A stretch of DNA of 64,000 nt from Candidatus Heimdallarchaeota archaeon (GTDB taxonomy: Archaea; Asgardarchaeota; Heimdallarchaeia; JABLTI01). The DNA lies in the NCBI GenBank assembly GCA_019056785.1, contig DXJV01000029.1:32001-96000 (forward strand), read 5' to 3'. The translations under genes were made by a program, and so were the position numbers. The notes beneath the pieces were generated by a model. It ran no database searches, was not told where the DNA came from, and saw only the letters and a program-made list of their open reading frames with translations. Positions 19,433-29,881 of the stretch are shown piece after piece. Positions within the stretch are counted from its first letter, which is position 1; the number at the start of each line of letters is the position of its first letter.

Positions 19433-19566
19433 AACGTTTTTCCTCTACAAACGATTCTTATCAAATTGTCCATTTTAGTGAAACTATATTATTATCAAAT
19501 GATTCGCTTTATATTTCTTTAGGAATACAATTAATACAAAAACAGAAGAAGAAAAATTAATGAAAT

Positions 19567-19974
19567 ATGGAGAAAGAAATAACCGAAATAAAAGGTGGTC
19601 AAGCGATGGATTCTCTCGAGACGTTTAAAAAGTATAGACAAAAAATGAATGAAAAAATTCTTGCCAGTGGAAACAAACAGATCAAGCGTTTTTTTACCCT
19701 CGATTCTCGGGCATATGAAAAAGGAGCCCTTTCAACAAAAGTAAAGGAATTACTAGGATTAGTAGCTTCACTGGTGTTACGATGCAACGATTGTATCACT
19801 TATCACATAATCACTTGCGTAAAAGAAGGAGTTACACCAGAAGAATTTTTTGAAGCCGTGAATATTGGGCTTATTGTTGGCGGGTCAATTGTTATCCCTC
19901 ATTTGCGAAAAGCGGTTGAAGTATACGAAACATGTTTGAAAATGAAAAAAGAAGGAAAAGAACTCACACTCTAA
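19567..19974 (+). CDS. Carboxymuconolactone decarboxylase/AhpD-family protein
   Basis: GALSTKVKELLGLVASLVLRCNDCITYH (CxxC..H). An alternative start is ATG 19606. Confidence 0.9.
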   Translation: MEKEITEIKGGQAMDSLETFKKYRQKMNEKILASGNKQIKRFFTLDSRAYEKGALSTKVKELLGLVASLVLRCNDCITYHIITCVKEGVTPEEFFEAVNIGLIVGGSIVIPHLRKAVEVYETCLKMKKEGKELTL

Positions 19975-20008
19975 AAAAAGAGGAAGAAGAAAAGGATTGG
20001 TTATTTTC

Positions 20009-21496
20009 TCATCCTTTTTTCTTTTTAACATAGAGATTCTTATAGGGTGCGCGTTCACCTTTGAGATATTTCTTATGCGGATCGCGGATGAAAATCAGTA
20101 GGAAAACACCAATGATAAAGAAAAGGAAAAGTTGACTAAGAGCAAAGCGATAAGCAATATGCGTTCCAAAAGGATTCGCAAAGAGAAAGATTGTCCCAGC
20201 AAAAAGTAAAGGTGAAAGAATAGCACTTACACGCCCTGCGATTTTTTGGAACCCACCATACTGCGCGACTTTCGAAGGTGGTGCAAGTTCGATAATAAAC
20301 TGCCGCCCGATAATCCAGATGCCACCAAAGCCAATACCAATAAAGAAAGCACCAATAAACATTGGCCAACGTGGGAGCATATGAACAATTATTAATGAAC
20401 CAATTTGTTCAGTTTTAAAAATAAGCCCGGAGAAGATAATTATCACAATAGCAATGGACCAGCTTAAACCATTTATAATAAAGGTCAATTTTGGCCCGAT
20501 TTTATTCATGATAACACCTGTTAAAATGGCAAAAATGAAACTGCCACCAATGCCGGTAAAAATTACATAGTTTGTTATAGAAGAATCGTAACCAACAGCG
20601 CCTTGTATGACGACAGCCATATACATAATTGCAGTGTTTGCAGCATCAGTAATGAAGAACCAACCCAAAAAGAACAAAATAGAATTACGATCTTTAACAA
20701 TCTCCTTCAAGGTCACTCGGAAGTCTTTAATGGATTCCTTGACATTTTCCTTTAAAGTTATTTTTTGGGGATTTTCAACTTCCTTATGGAAGAGATATGG
20801 GAAGGCCATGACAGCAATAACAATTGCACCAATTAAAAAGAGCCATTTGAGATTGATGAAATCATCAAGGGTAAAGGCAGCATAATAAGAAGGATTAGCT
20901 TCCCAAATAGCAGTGTCAATATGTTCCCAACCGCCTAAAAGCTTCCCGGCAATCATAGATGTTAAAACTGCAAAAACTGAACCAAAGAAACTCAAAGAGC
21001 CCCCAACAGCCTGAAGTAAGGACCGTTGTTTTGTTTCAGCAATGAAAGGAATTTGCGCATCATAAAACATCCGCCCGGCTTGATAACAAAAGTTGGCAAT
21101 GAGAAACATGAAAGATGCCCAGTAAAAATTCACCCAGGCGGTGATAACTGCTGTTGTTGCGATCATAATACTTGCAACAAGTACTACAGCACCTTTACGT
21201 TTGCCAAAACGGTCCGAAACCGCGCCCATAATCGGTCCAAAGACGGCAATCAATAAATTAGATACTGCCATAAATACTGATACAATAATAAACGATTTTT
21301 GATAGCTCCAGCCTAATTGATAAATGCCCAAAGCGAGGGCAAAGGGAGTATAGGCAAGACTAATAATCAATTGTGAAAAATATGTATCAGCAGCATCATA
21401 AAAATACCATAAAAAGGCATTTCGCCAGCCAGTTTTTTTCGCCTCAATTCGCGTAGGATCTTCTGATAAATCTCCTGTTTGTACTGCTTCTGCCAA
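20009..21496 (-). CDS. MFS transporter (UMF1/Atg22-like)
   Basis: About 12 TMs, WYFYDAA, the MFS motif GAVSDRFGKRK and FYDAQIP. Confidence 0.88.
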   Translation of the reverse strand: MAEAVQTGDLSEDPTRIEAKKTGWRNAFLWYFYDAADTYFSQLIISLAYTPFALALGIYQLGWSYQKSFIIVSVFMAVSNLLIAVFGPIMGAVSDRFGKRKGAVVLVASIMIATTAVITAWVNFYWASFMFLIANFCYQAGRMFYDAQIPFIAETKQRSLLQAVGGSLSFFGSVFAVLTSMIAGKLLGGWEHIDTAIWEANPSYYAAFTLDDFINLKWLFLIGAIVIAVMAFPYLFHKEVENPQKITLKENVKESIKDFRVTLKEIVKDRNSILFFLGWFFITDAANTAIMYMAVVIQGAVGYDSSITNYVIFTGIGGSFIFAILTGVIMNKIGPKLTFIINGLSWSIAIVIIIFSGLIFKTEQIGSLIIVHMLPRWPMFIGAFFIGIGFGGIWIIGRQFIIELAPPSKVAQYGGFQKIAGRVSAILSPLLFAGTIFLFANPFGTHIAYRFALSQLFLFFIIGVFLLIFIRDPHKKYLKGERAPYKNLYVKKKKG

Positions 21497-21755
21497 TTTA
21501 AAACACCATTAATTTGATGAGTCCAAATTTGATAGATTGGTCTCTTGGTTCTCTTTCGAAAATTTAAATATTCTTCTAATTTTGTCAGAAAATGAGGGGG
21601 TGAACATTAAAAAATATGAAAAAATTTCCATACGAAAGAAAGTAATTACCACAAAAGAGACTTTTCAACAAAAGAGAGAGGCTTTTTTACAAAACTTTTT
21701 TTAAGCATCAAACAGTTTAGAAAATTAAATTACTACATAAATTGGTGAAAAATTT

Positions 21756-22322
21756 ATGAGCACAGAAAAAACACAAACTCTAAAAGCCGATTTAGCAACA
21801 CTTCAACAAAGGATTTTTGCAGGGCTAATTGATTGGGCAATAATGGCAGCAATCATGATCGTCATTGAAATCATCCCTAGCATTTTCAGATGGATTGCTG
21901 CGGGTTTAGTAAATAAAGCAGCTCTTAATCCAGGAGACCCCAATTATAGTAGATGGATAGCAACAGCTGCAACAATGTCATTAATCGGAAGTATCCTATA
22001 CGCATTATTAAACATTGTAGCTTTAGTTATTGTCATATACTACTTCGTCTGGCGACCAACACGAAAAGGTGGACAAACCGTAGGAAAGAAGATTATCAAA
22101 ACAAAGGTTGTTATCATTGACGACCCGGAGAAAGGCACTGTTCGAGATGTAACAAAAGATGATCTGGTGCCAATGTTTATTCGATGGTTACTCCTTATTG
22201 TCGATGGGATATTCTTTGGAGCCATTGGATTGCTCTTAATATACATGAGTGCGGATAACCAACGATTGGGTGACCAATTGGCAAAAACAGCAGTTGTCGT
22301 AGCTCCTGAAGCTGCCAAATAA
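21756..22322 (+). CDS. RDD-family membrane protein
   Basis: RIFAGLID, GQTVGK, QRLGDQLAKTAVV. Confidence 0.9.
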   Translation: MSTEKTQTLKADLATLQQRIFAGLIDWAIMAAIMIVIEIIPSIFRWIAAGLVNKAALNPGDPNYSRWIATAATMSLIGSILYALLNIVALVIVIYYFVWRPTRKGGQTVGKKIIKTKVVIIDDPEKGTVRDVTKDDLVPMFIRWLLLIVDGIFFGAIGLLLIYMSADNQRLGDQLAKTAVVVAPEAAK

Positions 22323-22408
22323 GTAAACAGTTAACCTTACCATTCATCTTTTTTTTCTTTTTCCTTTTTTTAGAAGAAAAAAGAGGGAGGTGACAGGCTC
22401 TTCCTTTT

Positions 22409-24490
22409 CTAACCAATTCCTCCGCCGCCCCCACCGCCGCCACCACCACTAAATCCTCCACCAAAACCACTACTTCCGCCACTAGAAGAGGGGGGAGTGA
22501 AGTTATTGGACATATTTTTTATTGCTTGTGAGATGCCTTCGGTGAAATTTGAGATCGCCATAGGAATGCTTTCAGCCATTGAACCTATACCATCAGCTAT
22601 TGAAGCGAAGCTTTTTCCGGCACCAATACCTCTTATCGGATGACTTCCAAATCCTCCTCTTGGAGAAAACCTTATGCCGGGATAGTAATACCAGTAGGGA
22701 GCAACATAGGAATAGCCCTCTGGTGCGGGTTTCCTCTGAACATTCTTTGCTAGTCTTTCAAGGTAAGCCGGTAAATCGAATTTTGGGTCAACAAGAAGAT
22801 AGGAGAAATGGTCCATTGAAAAATTGAATTGCTCATAAGGATCTGGAAAAGCCAACATTTTCCCTCTAATTAACTGCAGATAGTTTTGCCAACTCACTTT
22901 TGCTTGTGCACCTTGTTTGGTTAACTTTGGCATTTTGTTAGCAAGGAAAAAGCCAAAAATTGCTGCCAGAACGGACCCAACAACCATAGCTATTATGGCT
23001 GAAATATGTAATAAATTAAAAAGGAAAAAGAAACCAATAATTTCCATTACTCCACCAAAAAATGCCAGCCTAGAAAACGTTTGTCTGGCTTTTTCAGGGT
23101 TTCCTTCAAAATATCTCATATCTCCGCCTGCCAATTTATTATAGATTTTATCTTTCTTGCTCCAAAGAGAGCTAACATGAATTTTTATTGATGAGAGAGA
23201 AAGAACCGAAAGACCAACTTCCTCCAATTGCTCTTTGCCATTTTTTATAACAGTTTTTTTGGTCCAAATAGTGTCGGAACTGTGTTTTTTAACAAAGGCC
23301 AAAACATCTTTACTAAAAGAGGAAAGCGCACCATAAGAAGGCGTTTTCCCTGTTAACTGGAAGTAAATTTCGTCTTCATCGGGGAGTTGTATTATCCGAA
23401 GATAATCTTGTTCGGCGAGGTAGAAGAATTCCGCGACAAAGTCAATATTGTCAACTTTTTCATCCAATAATACTCCTACTTCAACAGGAGTCAAAGCGTC
23501 TGGTGGAGCAACCTCTGTTAAAATTTTCATTGGAGAACCACAATGCGAGCAAAACCTCACCTGCCGGAAATCTTTGTAGCCACAAGATGGACATTTATTA
23601 ATCGCAACTTCATTTAATGTTGGGATAACTTTTGCCTTCGGGTCAAGTCCTTTGAAAAGGAATAATAGAAGGAAGGTAAGGAAAAGTGGGAGAAAGGCAA
23701 TTGCGAACACCAATATAGGGGTTTGGTTTAAATAAACTCTCCATGAAAATGGCATAACAATCCCAGCAGGCGGGGAATCCGTATCAATAGTGTAACTAGT
23801 AAGGGGAGCAACTTTTCCTTGATGAAAAACCACAACTGTATGACCATTTTCATTCATGGCTGTACCGGTATCATCGCCGGGGTTTTTCCCATTATAATAA
23901 GTTGTAGAACGAATATCACTTAAATTATATTGCTTAGGGAAGATAACTTTTGTACTCACATCATAAATAGTATACTCAAATTCACTTCCAATGACATTCC
24001 AGTAAACACGATCCCGATTTCCACGGAGATCCATTGCAGAAGAAACATTGTATGTTAGACTAAAGGTATATTCTGTTCCTTCAGAAACATAACTGCGAGG
24101 CCATTCCCAATAAAATTTAATCCTATCAATCTCTTTTTCCATTTTATAGGAAGTAATTGCTGGAGTTCCAGCGCCTGAGGCGATATTCCAAGAAACAACA
24201 TCATGAAAACTCTGCCATTTTAATTCACGATATGCATAACCATAAGACCCAGCCGATAAATAAAAAGTCATTTCCTCAGTTATTAAAAGAGAGCCATCCA
24301 TGCCCACAACGATGGTTTCATTCCAATGAGAATAATAAACACCATTCGTTAAAAAGGCGCCGTCTGAAATAGGATGACAAGAAACAGCGCCACTCTCCGA
24401 CAGAGAGGTAGCTACTAAAGTAAAAGTTAAGGGCAGAAAGAAAAACAAACAAATTTTCTTATAAACGTGTATATTTTTAGGTGATAACAG
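22409..24490 (-). CDS. DUF2207-like membrane protein with an inserted zinc ribbon
   Basis: DGSLLITEEMT, YWNVIG, P..LTPVEVGVLLD and a Gly-rich C-terminus GGGFSGGGGGGGGGG; CPSC...CSHC insert. The ORF track starts at TTG 24448, but CTG 24490 is proposed from the SD position. Confidence 0.8.
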   Translation of the reverse strand: MLSPKNIHVYKKICLFFFLPLTFTLVATSLSESGAVSCHPISDGAFLTNGVYYSHWNETIVVGMDGSLLITEEMTFYLSAGSYGYAYRELKWQSFHDVVSWNIASGAGTPAITSYKMEKEIDRIKFYWEWPRSYVSEGTEYTFSLTYNVSSAMDLRGNRDRVYWNVIGSEFEYTIYDVSTKVIFPKQYNLSDIRSTTYYNGKNPGDDTGTAMNENGHTVVVFHQGKVAPLTSYTIDTDSPPAGIVMPFSWRVYLNQTPILVFAIAFLPLFLTFLLLFLFKGLDPKAKVIPTLNEVAINKCPSCGYKDFRQVRFCSHCGSPMKILTEVAPPDALTPVEVGVLLDEKVDNIDFVAEFFYLAEQDYLRIIQLPDEDEIYFQLTGKTPSYGALSSFSKDVLAFVKKHSSDTIWTKKTVIKNGKEQLEEVGLSVLSLSSIKIHVSSLWSKKDKIYNKLAGGDMRYFEGNPEKARQTFSRLAFFGGVMEIIGFFFLFNLLHISAIIAMVVGSVLAAIFGFFLANKMPKLTKQGAQAKVSWQNYLQLIRGKMLAFPDPYEQFNFSMDHFSYLLVDPKFDLPAYLERLAKNVQRKPAPEGYSYVAPYWYYYPGIRFSPRGGFGSHPIRGIGAGKSFASIADGIGSMAESIPMAISNFTEGISQAIKNMSNNFTPPSSSGGSSGFGGGFSGGGGGGGGGGIG

Positions 24491-25141
24491 AAACTTGTCC
24501 TCCGATCAAATTGAAAACTTAATGTGTGACTTTTTTCATTCTTAAAGGTATTAAGTAACAATTGCCTTAAAAAGAGTTACCAAATTTGGAAAAATATAAT
24601 TACACTCCATTTGCCAAGATAAGATTGCTTTTATATGGCAATAAGGAAAAATCACTTAAGAACAATCTATCAGTAGTAGACAAAGGTTTAAAAAATCAAA
24701 AGAAAAAGATACTGATAAGAAAAAAATAACATAACCTAAAAACAAAGGAAAAAAAGATCAAAAAGAAGAAAATGGATTAGAAGCCTTCAAAAAGAGGTTT
24801 GCAATTCATCATATTTCACGATTACAAATTTCATTTATTGATTATCATTCATAGTGAATGGTTAATATTCAACCAAAAAATGATGGTTCATTTAAATTGA
24901 CAATTCGAAGAAAAAAAAGACAAATTGAAGTATTGGAGAAAAAACATTACTACAACGAATAGTCTTTGCAAGTCAAGCTGAAAATGAATGATAAAATCCT
25001 CTTTTTGATCAAGGTATATATCCTAAAAACTTACGAACTTCCAATGACTAACGAGAAAAAAGAAAGCTAGCTGACAAAACGAAGCTTTGTTTTTAGGAAT
25101 GTTGTTTACAACCCCTTAACCTAAATGGAGGTTAAAACTAA

Positions 25142-26554
25142 GTGACGAATAATCATAAAACGAATGAAATGGCTGATGAACCTTCAACTACAAAATACCT
25201 AATTCATGCAACGTTCACTATCGATGGTCTAGTGGAAAAACCAGATGTTGTAGGAGCGCTGTTTGGGCAAACAGAAGGTCTGTTAACAGACGATTTAGAT
25301 TTGCGCGAACTTCAAAAAGGTGGAAGAGTCGGGAGAATCCAAGTTCATCTCAGCTTTCGTGGCGGAAAAACCCGAGGAACCATAGAAATTCCTTCCAGCT
25401 TGGATAAAGTAGAAACATCTATTTTAGCCGCGGCTATTGAAACAGTCGACCGTATTGGCCCTTGCAATGCCAAAATTAAAATCAAAAACATCGAGGATAT
25501 TCGCAGAGAAAAGATGAAAAAAATCCGCGAACGAGCGTCCGAATTATTGCAAAAATGGACTTCGGAAAGCACACAAGAGTCAAGTGAGCTTGCAGATGAG
25601 GTTTTACGAGCAGCAAGAACTTCCTCTCAAATTAGCAACTATGGGCAATTACCTGTTGGACCTGAATTCAGAGAATCTGAAATAATAATCATTGTCGAAG
25701 GAAGAGCAGATATTGCAGCATGCATGAGAGCCGGAGTGAGAAACACTATTGCCGTGAAGGGTGCTAAGGTACCAAAATCAATTGTTGACCTTACAAAGAA
25801 GAAAACGTCAATAGCCTTTCTTGATGGAGATCGTGGTGGCGACTTAATTCTAAAGGAGTTATTAATGTATAGTACCATTGATTACGTTGCGCGAGCACCA
25901 AAAGGGAAAGAAGTTGAAGACCTTAAACCGGATGAAATAATTGATTGTTTAAGTAAGAAAGTTCCTGTTGAGAAAGTGAGCTTCATTACTGACATTCATG
26001 CAAAAGAAATCATTGAAAATGCTATTAAACGACGAAAAGCAAAATTAGATACAAAAGAAAAAACAGTTGTACGACAGCAACCGGCCGAAAGAGTGAAAAG
26101 TCGCCCTTCTCCGGTCAGCCGAGAACGAGAAAAGAGACCCTATCCACGAACATCTGATCGAGGAACCAGCAGAAGCTCAAGATCACAAAATCACGGACGT
26201 TCAAGTGACCGCCGGAGGCAATCATATCGTAGCGACCGTAGAAGAGCACCAGCATATCAAAAACCACGGATCCCAGAGAATTTAATGCCCTTCGTTAAAG
26301 AGCTTGAAGAAAAGGAACAACAAGAAGGAATTTTACTGGATGATAACCTTAAACAGCTAAAACGGGTTGCAGTCGAAAAACTTTATGACGAACTAAAGAA
26401 AGCTAAAAAGGTCACCAAAGTTGTTTTTGATGGGATAATAACCCAACGACTTTTAGATCTCTGTGAGGAAAAAGAGATCAATACCATCGTTGGCGCCAAA
26501 ATTAGCGAAATCGAAAAACAACCAAAGAAAACCAAATTTTACACTTTCGCTTAA
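25142..26554 (+). CDS. dnaG: Archaeal DnaG (TOPRIM primase-like, exosome-associated)
   Basis: GLVEKPDVVGALFGQTEGL, VEGRAD, FLDGDRGG and the C-terminal FDGIITQRL. Start is GTG 25142 or ATG 25169. Confidence 0.96.
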   Translation: MTNNHKTNEMADEPSTTKYLIHATFTIDGLVEKPDVVGALFGQTEGLLTDDLDLRELQKGGRVGRIQVHLSFRGGKTRGTIEIPSSLDKVETSILAAAIETVDRIGPCNAKIKIKNIEDIRREKMKKIRERASELLQKWTSESTQESSELADEVLRAARTSSQISNYGQLPVGPEFRESEIIIIVEGRADIAACMRAGVRNTIAVKGAKVPKSIVDLTKKKTSIAFLDGDRGGDLILKELLMYSTIDYVARAPKGKEVEDLKPDEIIDCLSKKVPVEKVSFITDIHAKEIIENAIKRRKAKLDTKEKTVVRQQPAERVKSRPSPVSREREKRPYPRTSDRGTSRSSRSQNHGRSSDRRRQSYRSDRRRAPAYQKPRIPENLMPFVKELEEKEQQEGILLDDNLKQLKRVAVEKLYDELKKAKKVTKVVFDGIITQRLLDLCEEKEINTIVGAKISEIEKQPKKTKFYTFA

Positions 26555-26653
26555 GACAGATTGGTAGCAAAAACCAATCCTTTCTTTTTTTTTCTTCTAA
26601 TATTATACAGATAATCTAAGATTTTAAGTTAAAAACTCTACAAAGACTTCTCT

Positions 26654-28255
26654 GTGCAGAAGATGTCAAAAGGCCAAGAAGAAGTAGTAATAGAAGGGAT
26701 AAAAGAAGAGAAAGAACTTCCAGCATTCAAACAACGGAGAGTGGAATCAAGAGCTGACCGTTTTGAAAGCCCTTCAACTATTAGAATGCGTGATATTGAA
26801 GACACTAATGACATCACCATTCCCCGCGATCCGTTAAAAAGAGTGATCGGACAAGACTTTGCCATTCGTATCGCTAGAATCGCAGCTATCCAACGACGAA
26901 ATTTACTCCTCATAGGACCACCCGGCATAGGGAAATCGATGATAGCGCAAGCATTGTCATTTCATCTTGGACAACCAACAGAAGAAATCTGGATTGTCCA
27001 TAACCCTGAAAACCCAGAACGCCCATTTTATGAAATAAAAAAAGCATCTGAATTGAAAAATCGAAGAGCACAAAATATGAGTGGAGAATATGGAAAGCTC
27101 ATTCATCCCTCAAAAGCGCCTTTTGATGTTGCTGTAAAACTGGGGTATGCATGTGAACACTGTGGGAAATTCTCAATACCAGAGTCACGAATTTGCCCTC
27201 ATTGTAACAAGCCGAAGAAAAAGAAAAAACCCTCCCGCTTTGGTGACTTGCTTTCATTATCACCCTTTTCGGCCCAAAATACAACGGATGGGACAAAAGT
27301 CTCAAAAGCGATTATTCTTCCCGATGGGCGCGAAGAGATTCTCTTGTTTGAGGAAGCGGGAAACAACATCCGAGTTTTCGATCAAGAAGCAATTGAATTA
27401 TCAAAAGCAAAAAAAGGTCCCCGCCCAATGAAAGTTTTAGTGCCACTTCGACGGTCACTTTTTGTTCAAGCGACAGGGGCGAGTGCGACTGAACTTCTTG
27501 GCGATTGCTTACATGACCCCTACGGTGGCCACCACAAATTAGGAACTCCACCCTATAAGCGAGTTGTTGCCGGAGCAATTCATGAAGCTCATGAAGGAGT
27601 GTTATTTATTGATGAAATTTCCCAGTTAGGGGTATTACAACGCTCGCTTTTAACAGCCCTACAAGAGAAGAGATTCCCAATCATTGGACGAAACCCTCAA
27701 AGCTCTGGTGCCTCGGTTAGAGTAGATGATGTTCCCTGTGATTTCGTGTTAGTAGCGGCATGTAATATTGCTGATGTCCCAAAAATCATCCCCCCACTCC
27801 GCTCACGGATCCAAGGAGATGGTTATGAAATTCTCTTGAAAACAACAATGCCAGATAATGAACTAAATCGATTGAAAATCTGCCAATTCATAGCTCAGGA
27901 AATTATTAGAGATGATAAAATACCCCCAATGGACCGGAAAGGAATCTTTGAAATCATCAAATGTGCCAGAATCATCGCCGAAAAAGTCGATAAAGAAGAA
28001 TCATCTCTAACACTCCGTTTAAGAGAACTTGCAGGAATAATCAAGGTTGCAGGAGATCTTGCAGTTACAGAAGGGGCAGATAGAATAAATAACAAACATG
28101 TACGGACCGCTATGGATATTGCAAAACCAATAGAGGAACAAATCTTACAACGCTTCGGTTCATATGAAGAAGCCTTCAAAAGTGAAAGTAGAGGCTTTCC
28201 ACACCTTCATAGCGATTCGGAAAATCAGAACCCTTACAATTACTGGAATAGTTAG
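26654..28255 (+). CDS. Archaeal LonB-like AAA+ ATPase lacking the protease domain
   Basis: VIGQD, Walker A GPPGIGKS, LLGD..HDP, GAIHEAHEGVLFIDEI, QSSGASVR, PLRSRI, LRLREL. The ORF ends without a Ser-Lys protease domain. Confidence 0.88.
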   Translation: MQKMSKGQEEVVIEGIKEEKELPAFKQRRVESRADRFESPSTIRMRDIEDTNDITIPRDPLKRVIGQDFAIRIARIAAIQRRNLLLIGPPGIGKSMIAQALSFHLGQPTEEIWIVHNPENPERPFYEIKKASELKNRRAQNMSGEYGKLIHPSKAPFDVAVKLGYACEHCGKFSIPESRICPHCNKPKKKKKPSRFGDLLSLSPFSAQNTTDGTKVSKAIILPDGREEILLFEEAGNNIRVFDQEAIELSKAKKGPRPMKVLVPLRRSLFVQATGASATELLGDCLHDPYGGHHKLGTPPYKRVVAGAIHEAHEGVLFIDEISQLGVLQRSLLTALQEKRFPIIGRNPQSSGASVRVDDVPCDFVLVAACNIADVPKIIPPLRSRIQGDGYEILLKTTMPDNELNRLKICQFIAQEIIRDDKIPPMDRKGIFEIIKCARIIAEKVDKEESSLTLRLRELAGIIKVAGDLAVTEGADRINNKHVRTAMDIAKPIEEQILQRFGSYEEAFKSESRGFPHLHSDSENQNPYNYWNS

Positions 28256-28299
28256 AAAGGAGCAAAAAGTAGCGAATTTTATTGCTCCCGAAAAACAAC

Positions 28300-29556
28300 C
28301 TAAACATTCCCGATCAAATGGTCCAATTCTTGGAGGGCATCTTTTAGGATTTTAATTTCTTCTTCGGTATTATAAAGATAAATCGATGCACGAGCAGTGC
28401 CTTCGCTGGGTTTAATTCCAAGAGAATAATGGAAAGGATTTGTACAATGTGCACCAGCACGTATCATAATTTTGTATCCGTCGACATCGCTATCAAGATA
28501 ATTTGCAACATCATTTGCTGTGTCAATATTCTGTAACTTGAAAGCTACAAGGCTATGGCGGTCCTTGACATTCTTTGGTCCAATAATTTCTATCCCGGGG
28601 ATGTCTTTTAAGGCATTAAAGAGTTTCTGAGTTAAGAGAGTCTCGTGTTTCTCGATATTTTCCATCCCAATACTCTCGAGATAATCTATTGCCGCTCCTG
28701 CACCGATTTCCCCGGCATAATTTTGAAGGCCAGCTTCGAACTTGTGGGGTGGTTCAAGATAGGTAGGAATTATTTCACCATGTTCATATTTTACGTCCTT
28801 AATAGTGTCGCCACCAACAAGAAAAGAGTCCATTTCTTTCAAGAGATACTCTTTACCATAAAGAAAACCAACTCCTGTTGGTCCAAGGGCTTTGTGCATA
28901 CTAACGGCAGAGAAGTCCACATCTGATTTCTGAACATCCATTTTTCGATGGGGGAAGTATTGGGCATCATCTGAAATAACAAGCGCATCATGGTCATGTG
29001 CAAGTTTAATGATATCCTCGAGTGGGGCAGTTGTTCCGCTCACATTTGAAGTATGAACGATAGAAATCAAGCGTGTTTTTTTGGTAATGGCTTTTTCAAA
29101 GTCCTCGAGAGAAAACAACCCTTCATCTGATGCGTCCACAATTTTCAGCTTCAAGTTTTTCTTTTTCATTATTTTATGAAAAGGGAGAACGCCGCTATGG
29201 TGTTCCAGATTTGTTGTAATGATTTCTTCGCCCTCTTCAAAATGCAATGAATTTGCAACTAAGTTAATAGCTTCAGTGGTGTTTCGCACCCAAATAATCT
29301 CATTTACTGAACGACTATTAATATGCTTGGCAATTTTTTCACGTGCAGCATTTCGTAAATCAGTGGTTTCCCGTGCGAGGGCATGAATTGAACGACCCCC
29401 ACAAGCCCCGAGCTGTGTGTAATAATAAGTAATTGCGTCGGTTACTTGTTGAGGTTTGAGAGCCATACAAGCACTATCTAAATAAATAATCTCTTTTCCA
29501 TCGATTTTTCGCTGCAAAGTGGGAAAATCAGCTCTTATTTTGGACCAGTCAACCAT
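28300..29556 (-). CDS. sufS: Cysteine desulfurase (SufS/Csd type)
   Basis: IRADFP, YLDSA, EHHS, SMHKALGPTG (PLP-binding Lys), FEAG and RAGAHC (catalytic Cys). Confidence 0.92.
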   Translation of the reverse strand: MVDWSKIRADFPTLQRKIDGKEIIYLDSACMALKPQQVTDAITYYYTQLGACGGRSIHALARETTDLRNAAREKIAKHINSRSVNEIIWVRNTTEAINLVANSLHFEEGEEIITTNLEHHSGVLPFHKIMKKKNLKLKIVDASDEGLFSLEDFEKAITKKTRLISIVHTSNVSGTTAPLEDIIKLAHDHDALVISDDAQYFPHRKMDVQKSDVDFSAVSMHKALGPTGVGFLYGKEYLLKEMDSFLVGGDTIKDVKYEHGEIIPTYLEPPHKFEAGLQNYAGEIGAGAAIDYLESIGMENIEKHETLLTQKLFNALKDIPGIEIIGPKNVKDRHSLVAFKLQNIDTANDVANYLDSDVDGYKIMIRAGAHCTNPFHYSLGIKPSEGTARASIYLYNTEEEIKILKDALQELDHLIGNV

Positions 29557-29659
29557 TAAATTCACCAAATAATTGTTTTGAATTATTGTAGTTGTGTAAA
29601 CTTTTACATTCTTTAAAATTGTTTTTACTTATAACCGAAAAACATTTGAGGACTGAAAA

Positions 29660-29863
29660 GTGCTGAAAGGAATAGCAAAATGTGCTCTTTGTGGTCAAAC
29701 ATTCCCTCGAGACGAACTAATTGTTTATCATTTTCCGACAGGACCTAAATTGGTCTGCAAAGAATGCCTTCAAAAGCTCCCACGTGACCCCTCTAGAACT
29801 ATAAAACGCCCAAATGGCAAAACAAGAAGGCCAACAGATGATTTCTTTCCCCCAGTGGAATAA
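29660..29863 (+). CDS. Small zinc-finger protein
   Basis: CALC...VCKEC; a GAGGA SD precedes the GTG start. Confidence 0.65.
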   Translation: MLKGIAKCALCGQTFPRDELIVYHFPTGPKLVCKECLQKLPRDPSRTIKRPNGKTRRPTDDFFPPVE

Positions 29864-29881
29864 TTAGAGAAATAACAACAA

